Source of the DNA: a virus
Strand: one strand, 5' to 3'
Length of the DNA stretch: 29,277 bases
IMG/VR virus record: IMGVR_UViG_3300035670_000993
Coordinates: 1-29,277 of that record
The notes beneath the pieces were generated by a model that worked only from the letters and a program-made list of their open reading frames with translations, had not been told where the DNA came from and did not search any database. The stretch's first letter is position 1. Each line of letters starts with the position of its first letter. Of the stretch, positions 14,444-20,932 are shown in pieces. Position numbers and translations under genes: made by a program.

Positions 14444-14970
14444 CAATACTTGCGGAACGTCATACCGATTGGATTCGGATGGCTCGGAGCTTTGGTGCAG
14501 ACCAAGAGCTGGCGCAAGATATTGTCCAAGAAATGTACGTGCGTCTGTACAAATATGTTGAGGACGCAGAGAAAATAATGTACAACGAGAAGGAGGTCAA
14601 CACCTTTTTTGTCTACGTTACCCTCCGCAATATGTACACGAGCCTGATGAAGGCAAAAGCAAGATTCGAGTTCGTAGACGTATCTACTCTTGAAGATGAG
14701 CTAATCTTTGAGGAGGCCAATGTAGAAGCAGAAATCGAACTGCAAACCCTATACGAGGAGATATGGGAGACTGCCGATGACTGGCATTGGTACGACAAAA
14801 AGATATTCCACCTCTACCACAACACCGATATGAGCATTCGCACCCTTGCGGATGAAACCAAAATCTCAGCACGTTCAATTTTCAATACCCTAAAAAATGC
14901 AAGAGAACGAATCCAAACCGACTGCAACGAAACCTACAAAGCGTGGCAGGAAGCCAAGCGGCTTGGGTGA
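14431..14970 (+). CDS. ECF-type sigma-70 family RNA polymerase sigma factor
   Basis: Region 2-like ELAQDIVQEMYVRLYKY and region 4 HTH-like MSIRTLADETKISARSIFNTLKNARERIQ. The TTG start at 14431 immediately follows an in-frame TAG. The first in-frame ATG is at 14479. Confidence 0.65.
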   Translation: MELLTILAERHTDWIRMARSFGADQELAQDIVQEMYVRLYKYVEDAEKIMYNEKEVNTFFVYVTLRNMYTSLMKAKARFEFVDVSTLEDELIFEEANVEAEIELQTLYEEIWETADDWHWYDKKIFHLYHNTDMSIRTLADETKISARSIFNTLKNARERIQTDCNETYKAWQEAKRLG

Positions 14971-15301
14971 TACCATTGAGCAAATCACAACCGCCACAGG
15001 CATCAAGGCTGCCGTTGACTGGTTCAGCGAAGCAACAGGCGTTGACTGCGGATGCGATGCCCGTAAGGAGAAGCTCAACAAGTTGTTCCGCTACCGCAAG
15101 CCCGAATGCTTGACTAAAGAGGAGTACGAGTTCATTGGCACAATGAAAGGGCGCAATGTGGTAAGCGCAGCGCAACAGACCGAACTAAATAAAATCTACA
15201 ACCGAGTGTTCCACGACAACGTGCAGCCAACAAACTGCGGCTCTTGTATGCGTGGACGCTTGGAGGAGCTGACAACCTTGTACAACGCTTATGGTCAGTA
15301 A
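14897..15301 (+). CDS. Conserved-looking Cys4 protein overlapping the sigma factor gene (function unknown)
   Basis: 134 aa. It has a basic N-terminus (KPTKRGRKPSGLGD), GLGDTIEQITTATGIKAAVDWF...DCGCDARKEKLNKLF and NCGSC. It overlaps the sigma gene by 74 nt. An alternative TTG start is at 14963. Confidence 0.5.
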   Translation: MQENESKPTATKPTKRGRKPSGLGDTIEQITTATGIKAAVDWFSEATGVDCGCDARKEKLNKLFRYRKPECLTKEEYEFIGTMKGRNVVSAAQQTELNKIYNRVFHDNVQPTNCGSCMRGRLEELTTLYNAYGQ

Positions 15302-15794
15302 AGAGCGCAGACAGTATTCCAACCAAGTTGGGGACATCACGGCTCAAAGGTTTGTAGAGGCTTGTCAGGCTATTGGCTACTCTTGCGAGAAGTCAGACCG
15401 CAACACCGACATCTACGACCACATTGACTACTTCGTGACCCGCCTTCAGGGAACCACAAGCGTAGACGTTAAAGGTGGCAACCATCCCAATACCATTTGG
15501 GTAGAGTTTAAGAACGTAAACGGTGATGCTGGGTGGATGTATGGCAAGGCAGAGTACATTGCTTTTGATATGCCTGAAATGGGTGGTTTCGTGATGGTAC
15601 GCACAAATGAGCTACGCAACTTGTGTGAGGCCATCGTAGAGCCAATCTTCGTGACAAAGCAAGAGGCTACAAGAAAATTCTACCAAAGAGACGGCAGACA
15701 GGATGTAATCAGCCGCCTTGAGCTGCAAGACCTTCAAACATTAATTTCATTTAAAGTTCTAAATTATGCCAATCCCGAAACCCACAAGTGGTGA
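15291..15794 (+). CDS. Putative PD-(D/E)XK-fold nuclease
   Basis: 167 aa. DIYDHIDYFV...TSVDVKG fits a D...(D/E)xK arrangement. Assignment is weak. Confidence 0.3.
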   Translation: MVSKERRQYSNQVGDITAQRFVEACQAIGYSCEKSDRNTDIYDHIDYFVTRLQGTTSVDVKGGNHPNTIWVEFKNVNGDAGWMYGKAEYIAFDMPEMGGFVMVRTNELRNLCEAIVEPIFVTKQEATRKFYQRDGRQDVISRLELQDLQTLISFKVLNYANPETHKW

Positions 15795-15903
15795 GAAGCA
15801 AAGCGACTTCATTCAGAGATGTATGGAAGCAATCGCAAGCGAGTACACCGACAAAGACCAAGCAGTAGCAGTTTGCTACACACAATGGAGAGAGGGCAAA
15901 TAG
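15766..15903 (+). CDS. 45-aa conserved-looking small protein (RCM...CYTQW motif)
   Basis: Hand-translated: MPIPKPTSGEKQSDFIQRCMEAIASEYTDKDQAVAVCYTQWREGK*. I recall the E..dFi.RCm...Q..AvCy..W pattern from many phage proteins. Its stop lies within the terminator hairpin. Confidence 0.45.
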   Translation: MPIPKPTSGEKQSDFIQRCMEAIASEYTDKDQAVAVCYTQWREGK

Positions 15904-15914
15904 CCCTCTTTTTT
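15891..15914 (+). terminator. Rho-independent terminator
   Basis: AGAGGGC-aaata-GCCCTCT perfect 7-bp stem followed by TTTTT(AT). Confidence 0.85.
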
Positions 15915-15965
15915 ATGCAAAGTATAATCGATTTGGTGCAAATGCTTGATTTTTAGGACTTGCCT

Positions 15966-15996
15966 ATTGCGGAGTCAAATGGCCTGCCTATATTTG
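15966..15996 (+). promoter_or_regulatory. Bacteroidota-type promoter (-33 TTG, 20-nt spacer, -7 TATATTTG)
   Basis: TTG at 15966-15968 and TATATTTG at 15989-15996, located after a terminator and 10 nt upstream of AAAACCAATCAGA-ATG(16020). Confidence 0.55.
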
Positions 15997-16019
15997 GGTA
16001 TCATTTAAAACCAATCAGA

Positions 16020-16112
16020 ATGAAACACATACTCTCTTTTGTTGCTCAAGCCATCGCTGCTGCGGTAGTTGTATGGGCTTACCTATGGACTCTTCAAATC
16101 GTTGGGCTATGA
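16020..16112 (+). CDS. 30-aa hydrophobic (single TM) peptide
   Basis: Hand-translated: MKHILSFVAQAIAAAVVVWAYLWTLQIVGL*. The ATG abuts the leader motif, and the TGA overlaps the next ATG (ATGA at 16109-16112). Confidence 0.4.
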   Translation: MKHILSFVAQAIAAAVVVWAYLWTLQIVGL

Positions 16113-16435
16113 ATTTTGACTATCAAGATTTGAAGTTTTGGCTTGAGGAGCGTGACCTCGTACCACAGGCTTACTGGGATGCCCTTGAGGACTACGACCC
16201 CGACAACCTAAACTCTGACCAAGTGCTTGCCGAATGGCTTGGCTATGACCACGTCAACGACTTCTATGCCTACGAGATGGACATCACCTACGAGGAGGAG
16301 ACCTACATTGAGGATGGCTACACCAACAGAACCGCCTACCCTACATCATCCATCCACAACCCACCCCCTGCACTTGATTCGCAGATTTACTATGCGTACA
16401 TCAATTGGGCAACAAACGTAGCATCTGAAGAATGA
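16109..16435 (+). CDS. Highly acidic, Tyr-rich 108-aa early protein (candidate DNA mimic)
   Basis: By my count it has 24 Asp/Glu against 3 Lys/Arg, plus 13 Tyr. The start is moved from 16073 to ATG 16109, which is ATGA-coupled to the upstream peptide. It is the second gene of a promoter-proximal early operon. Confidence 0.55.
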   Translation: MNFDYQDLKFWLEERDLVPQAYWDALEDYDPDNLNSDQVLAEWLGYDHVNDFYAYEMDITYEEETYIEDGYTNRTAYPTSSIHNPPPALDSQIYYAYINWATNVASEE

Positions 16436-16602
16436 AAACCGCAACACATCTACTTCATCAGTTCAAGGACGAAAAAATAAGCAATTGGGCTTATGAGATG
16501 CTCAAGGATATTGAGATGAATCACCTGCGCTTTGCTTACGAGTCGGGTCAACGTGACAAGCAGACATTTGAAGAATGGTATCAAGCAACATTCAACAAAT
16601 AA
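16432..16602 (+). CDS. 56-aa hypothetical protein
   Basis: Hand-translated: MKTATHLLHQFKDEKISNWAYEMLKDIEMNHLRFAYESGQRDKQTFEEWYQATFNK*, with an ATGA overlap with the preceding gene. The track shows only an antisense ORF here (16450..16635). Confidence 0.45.
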   Translation: MKTATHLLHQFKDEKISNWAYEMLKDIEMNHLRFAYESGQRDKQTFEEWYQATFNK

Positions 16603-16635
16603 ACATTTTTTCTTACCTTTAACAAAACCAATCAA

Positions 16636-17406
16636 ATGAAAATCATAGAACTACTTGACGGAAGCACTTGGGACATCGAGACCCTAACTGCTCAAATGAA
16701 CGATGACTCGTTCTACTACGGCAACCTCTCAAAGAATGCCTTGTCATCATCGGCTTGCAAGCTGCTGCTGACCTCACCCAAGACCTACCACTACGTCACC
16801 AAATACGGCAGCGAGGACTCTGATGCCTTTGCCGTTGGTCGCTTGGTTCACCTGATGGCTCTTGAGCCTCATCGTGTTGCCGAGTACGATGTGATTGAGG
16901 TGCAAAGCAAGAACGCAAAGGCGTGGCAAGAAGCAAAAGGCAAGCGCAATATCTGCACCCGTAAGGAGTATGACGAAGCCCAACGCATCGCAGATGCTTT
17001 GCTACGCAACGAGAACGTACTTGGTATCATCACAGGCTGCGAGTTTGAAGTACCAAAGATTGGTATGATTGGCGGCTTGCCATTTAGGGCGAAGGCTGAC
17101 ATCTACGCTGATGGGTTTCTCGCAGACATCAAAAGTACCCAAGACCTGCGTGCCTTCCCTCATTCAGCTCGCAGATATGGTTATGACGTACAAGCGTTTA
17201 TCTACACCCGTTTATTTGGTGTACCGATTGACAAGTTCTTTTTTATCGCTATTGACAAAGGAAGCCTTGACATCGGCATCTACGGCATCAGCCCTGAATT
17301 CGTAGAGGAGGGAGAACGCAAGACAATGGAGGCCATTGAACTCTACAAGCAGTTCTTCATCTTGGGTGAGGACTTGGATTCATATACCATAGTAGGAACA
17401 CTCTGA
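16636..17406 (+). CDS. RecE/DUF3799-like PD-(D/E)XK exonuclease
   Basis: FAVGRLVHLMALEP, RAKADIYADGFLADIKSTQD (D...D-x-K) and YGYDVQAFIY (QxxxY) fit the PDDEXK exonuclease VIII-like family. The ATG abuts AAAACCAATCAA. Confidence 0.7.
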   Translation: MKIIELLDGSTWDIETLTAQMNDDSFYYGNLSKNALSSSACKLLLTSPKTYHYVTKYGSEDSDAFAVGRLVHLMALEPHRVAEYDVIEVQSKNAKAWQEAKGKRNICTRKEYDEAQRIADALLRNENVLGIITGCEFEVPKIGMIGGLPFRAKADIYADGFLADIKSTQDLRAFPHSARRYGYDVQAFIYTRLFGVPIDKFFFIAIDKGSLDIGIYGISPEFVEEGERKTMEAIELYKQFFILGEDLDSYTIVGTL

Positions 17407-17627
17407 TGAAAGCAACACTTGAATACGACCTACCCGATGAGCAAGACGAGTTTGAGAAGGCCGTCAACGGAGGCAAGTATGCCTACATCATTTGGGAGCT
17501 TGACCATTTCTTGAGAGCTAACACCAAGTACGCTCCTGACTCAATGCCTGATGAGGTTCACAAAGCATACGAATCAACAAGAGAAAAATTGCATTCATTA
17601 CTAACCGAAAACGATTTATCGCTATGA
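17406..17627 (+). CDS. Hypothetical protein
   Basis: 73-aa ORF with a TGATG overlap with the exonuclease gene. Confidence 0.5.
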   Translation: MKATLEYDLPDEQDEFEKAVNGGKYAYIIWELDHFLRANTKYAPDSMPDEVHKAYESTREKLHSLLTENDLSL

Positions 17628-17830
17628 GAGACCAATTTATGAGGATTGCAATGGCACGCCTCCGCAAGGTTTACCCCTTCAAACCCCAACGCAGGGCAGT
17701 TGCTGCAAAGATTTGGACAGAGCATCTTGAGCGTTACGCTATGCGTGAGTGGATGCGTACCGAGCAAGAGCTGAATGAACGCATGGACATCATCGGGCAG
17801 AACGGCAATACAGGCGAGCACTATGAGTAG
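17624..17830 (+). CDS. Hypothetical protein with C-terminal IIGQNGNTGEHY motif
   Basis: 68-aa ORF with an ATGA overlap. I recall the C-terminal IGQNGN.G.HY motif from unrelated phage small proteins of unknown function. Confidence 0.5.
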   Translation: MRDQFMRIAMARLRKVYPFKPQRRAVAAKIWTEHLERYAMREWMRTEQELNERMDIIGQNGNTGEHYE

Positions 17831-18764
17831 GCCCTTTGTGGTTGCATTCCACAAGCCTAATTCAGGCGTAGCCTATCACCGAGTATTCGCTCCGCTAATC
17901 TGCCACCAAGATGCGGATGTGATGTTCATTGAAAAGATTACGGACATTGAACCTGATATGTGGGCAAAGGTCACGCACATCTTTGCAAGCCGTGCTTTTC
18001 CTGTTGAGCCGTTTGCTGACTTCGTAAAGCTCTGCCGTAAGGAAGGCATCAAGCTAATCGTAGACCAAGACGATTGGTGGGTACTGCCCCCAAACCATCC
18101 CCTGAACGGAATCTATGGAGCCGCTATGAAAGAGCGCATCGTGCGCTCTATGAAAGCAGCAGATGAGGTTTGGGTAACCAACAAGCATCTTGCCTCAAAG
18201 GTGAAGAAGTACAATACCAACATCCGAATCATCCCTAACGCCATCAGCGTACCCACTTGGCAGATAAACCGAGAGCCAAGTGACAAAGTAAGATTCGGCT
18301 ACATCGGAGGTAACCACCACCAAGCAGACATCAGAGAATCAACCATTGACCTTACAGGCTACGAGGCATACGTTGCTGACGTAGATGGCTACCCCGAAAT
18401 GATGAAAGCACCATACAAGCTCAACACCTTCCCACCTCACCTGTACCATCGCCTGTACGACTTCTTTGACGTCAGCCTTGTGCCACTATCTACAAGCGAG
18501 TTCGCCAAGTGCAAGTCGCACCTAAAGATGCTTGAGGCAGGCTTTAGCCGTTGCGCTCTTATAGTGAGCAACACTCACCCCTATACTCCGTACATCACCA
18601 AAGACAACTGCATTGCAATCAACCACCCAAGTGAATGGGCAGGAGCAATCAAGAGACTAAACGACAACCCCAACCAAGTCGCTGACATAGCGGAATCGTT
18701 ATACGAGTACGTTCAAGACTACACCATGACCAAAATCAACGAACTCCGATGCTTTACATTGTAA
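17823..18764 (+). CDS. GT-B fold glycosyltransferase (GT1/GT4-like)
   Basis: IKLIVDQDDWW, FGYIGGNHH, and CKSHLKMLEAGFSRCALIVSNTHPYTPYI resembling the KS.LK.lEa...G.p.i.S..pY donor-binding region. The start is moved to ATG 17823 (MSRPFVVAF...), 8 nt before the upstream stop. Confidence 0.55.
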   Translation: MSRPFVVAFHKPNSGVAYHRVFAPLICHQDADVMFIEKITDIEPDMWAKVTHIFASRAFPVEPFADFVKLCRKEGIKLIVDQDDWWVLPPNHPLNGIYGAAMKERIVRSMKAADEVWVTNKHLASKVKKYNTNIRIIPNAISVPTWQINREPSDKVRFGYIGGNHHQADIRESTIDLTGYEAYVADVDGYPEMMKAPYKLNTFPPHLYHRLYDFFDVSLVPLSTSEFAKCKSHLKMLEAGFSRCALIVSNTHPYTPYITKDNCIAINHPSEWAGAIKRLNDNPNQVADIAESLYEYVQDYTMTKINELRCFTL

Positions 18765-19276
18765 CCCCCTGCTCACGTCCTCAAAACCTCAAGAGGATAA
18801 AACAGTACATCCCACCCTACGCTACGTGGGTGGTAATGATGGATGCCTCTACCAACCACAAGGAAGCAACAGGCGCAAGCGTAACCCACTACTCAAAGAA
18901 CACGGGATACTGGGGACACCCACTACGCAACGAGTTCCTTGACCTATACCAAGACCAATTCACACAAGATGACTGGGTATACTTCTTGGATGATGACAAC
19001 ATCCTACACCCGAAGTTCATTGTTGAATGGAACAACATCAACTCCCTTGACTCATCCATTGTGACGTGGGGACAAGAGGGAAGGCTACGCCCTACCGACC
19101 AACCGAAGGTGGGCAACATTGACACCGCCTGCTTTATGTTCAAACCCTACCACCTGCCAACGCTACGCTTTCAGATGGCATACGAGGCAGACGGTATGTT
19201 TGCACAAGCGGCAGCACTACAAGGCACGCTTATCTGCGTAGACCAGTATCTTTGCTACTACAACGCACTCAAATGA
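18749..19276 (+). CDS. GT-A fold glycosyltransferase (DxD motif)
   Basis: MLYIVTPCSRPQNLKRI at the N-terminus (Rossmann-like start) and WVYFLDDDNILHP (DxD). It overlaps the upstream gene by 16 nt. Confidence 0.5.
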   Translation: MLYIVTPCSRPQNLKRIKQYIPPYATWVVMMDASTNHKEATGASVTHYSKNTGYWGHPLRNEFLDLYQDQFTQDDWVYFLDDDNILHPKFIVEWNNINSLDSSIVTWGQEGRLRPTDQPKVGNIDTACFMFKPYHLPTLRFQMAYEADGMFAQAAALQGTLICVDQYLCYYNALK

Positions 19277-19800
19277 AAACGACCTCACAAATAGACGGGT
19301 GGTTCAACCACCAAGCAGCATACGATTTTCTGCTAAACGCAATGCCCAAAGACGGAACCTTCGTTGAGTTGGGTGCTTGGCTTGGCAAGTCCTCATCCTA
19401 CTTGTGCGACAAAGCAACAGGCCAAAACATATACATCGTTGACTCTTTCAAAGGGACGGCAGAATACTTGGACTCATACTACAAGCTCGCAAAGACCAAA
19501 GACATCTACCAATTGTTCTTGGAGAATATGGGTGACCGCAAGTACACCGCCATCAAAGCAACATCCAAAGCAGCAGCACGCAAGTTCAAAGCCCAGTCAC
19601 TGGATGTGGTATTTATAGACCTTGACCATTCATACGAAGCCGTCAAAGAGGACATCAAGCTATGGCTTCCCAAAGTAAAGAAGGGCGGCTACATAGCAGG
19701 AGACGACTACCACGAAAATTGGAAGGGAGTAATCCAAGCAGTAGACGAGCTACTTCCTCACGCCACCTTCATTGATGATTGTTGGATTTACCAAAAGTGA
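19273..19800 (+). CDS. Class I SAM-dependent methyltransferase, TylF/Methyltransf_24-like (sugar O-methyltransferase type)
   Basis: FVELGAWLGKSSSYL (SAM motif I), IYIVDSFKG and VVFIDLDHSYEAVKEDIKLWLPKVKKGGYIAGDDY. ATG 19273 forms an ATGA overlap with the GT-A gene. No DNA-methyltransferase motifs (DPPY, PCQ) are seen. Confidence 0.6.
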   Translation: MKTTSQIDGWFNHQAAYDFLLNAMPKDGTFVELGAWLGKSSSYLCDKATGQNIYIVDSFKGTAEYLDSYYKLAKTKDIYQLFLENMGDRKYTAIKATSKAAARKFKAQSLDVVFIDLDHSYEAVKEDIKLWLPKVKKGGYIAGDDYHENWKGVIQAVDELLPHATFIDDCWIYQK

Positions 19801-20060
19801 AAAACCACACAAAGGTCTACCTGAAGGAGATGGGCTTCAGTACAACCGATTGGATTCCTTGTGAGGTATGCGGAGCAACAGCCGTAGACATCCACCACAT
19901 AGAGTCAAGAGGGATGGGCGGCAGCAAACACGCAGACACGATTGAAAACCTGATGGCCCTGTGCCGTGAGTGCCACGTTGAGGCCGACTTCGGGACAAAC
20001 CTAAAGAAGGAGTTTTTAAAAGAGGTTCATTTGTCACATATACAAAGAGTGGCACGATAA
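19779..20060 (+). CDS. Small HNH endonuclease (terminase-associated type)
   Basis: CEVCG...DIHHIESRGMGGSKHADTIENLMALCRECHVEA is an HNH/zinc-finger core. It lies upstream of the terminase genes. An alternative GTG start at 19797 forms a GTGA overlap. Confidence 0.8.
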   Translation: MLDLPKVKNHTKVYLKEMGFSTTDWIPCEVCGATAVDIHHIESRGMGGSKHADTIENLMALCRECHVEADFGTNLKKEFLKEVHLSHIQRVAR

Positions 20061-20088
20061 TTGTCCTATATAGTTAAAATGACAAGCT

Positions 20089-20595
20089 ATGTGGAAAGAC
20101 ATTAAGGGCTACGAGGGAATCTATCAGGTTTCTAATGATGGCAAAATAAAAAACAAACTTGGTCTAATTACCGATGGGTGGGTGAATAATGACTATGGTC
20201 ACAAAAAAGTAAGGCTATATAAGGATGGCAAAAGAAAGGACTTCTATCTTCATCGCTTGGTCGCTGATGCCTTTGTAGAAAATTCAAGCAACAGACCGCA
20301 CGTGAATCATATTGACTCGAACCCATTAAACAACAAGGCATCAAATCTTGAGTGGTGTACTCACGCTGAAAATATGGCTCACGCAAAGAGCAACAACCGA
20401 TTTAACCGAGAAGGAGTAAAAGTGCTTGACACCTCCAATGGAAAGATATATGATTCTATTAAGGAGGCTTCCGACTCAATCGCTATGAAGCCAAACACTT
20501 TAGTTTACAAACTTCTTGGCAAACGACCAAACAACACGACCCTTGTTGCACTTCAAGCAACACACAACCACCACTTAGCCAAAAGGGTTATTTAG
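20089..20595 (+). CDS. NUMOD4-HNH homing endonuclease
   Basis: WKDIKGYEGIYQVSNDGKI (NUMOD4), HRLVADAFV, VNHIDSNPLNNKASNLEWCTHAENMAH (HNH_3), and a C-terminal IENR-like KIYDSIKEASDSIAMKPNTLVYKL. Confidence 0.9.
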   Translation: MWKDIKGYEGIYQVSNDGKIKNKLGLITDGWVNNDYGHKKVRLYKDGKRKDFYLHRLVADAFVENSSNRPHVNHIDSNPLNNKASNLEWCTHAENMAHAKSNNRFNREGVKVLDTSNGKIYDSIKEASDSIAMKPNTLVYKLLGKRPNNTTLVALQATHNHHLAKRVI

Positions 20596-20614
20596 AAAAC
20601 ATCCAAACAGAACT

Positions 20615-20932
20615 ATGCCAAAAGGAAACCCAAACCTTGTCAAGGGAGGCCCAAGCCTCAACCCCGCAGGAAGACCAGCAGGCATCCCTAACAAAAGCAC
20701 AAACAAAATCCGTGAGGCGTTTCAGAAGCTCATCGAAGACAACCTTGAGAATATGACCCTATGGCTTACTCAAGTTGCTGGCGATGACCCGAAGGGCGCA
20801 CTTGACCTGCTGAACAAGATGGCGGAGTACACGACACCCAAGCTTGCACGGGTAGAGAACTCCCACGAAGCAGCAGATGAACTCACCCAAATCAAAGTAG
20901 AGATTGTCCGTACTGGAAGTAAAGACGAGTGA
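20615..20932 (+). CDS. Putative terminase small subunit
   Basis: 105 aa immediately upstream of and overlapping TerL. The N-terminal GNPNLVKGGPSLNPAGRPAGIPNK motif is typical of a class of small terminase-like (DUF5681-type) proteins. Confidence 0.5.
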   Translation: MPKGNPNLVKGGPSLNPAGRPAGIPNKSTNKIREAFQKLIEDNLENMTLWLTQVAGDDPKGALDLLNKMAEYTTPKLARVENSHEAADELTQIKVEIVRTGSKDE

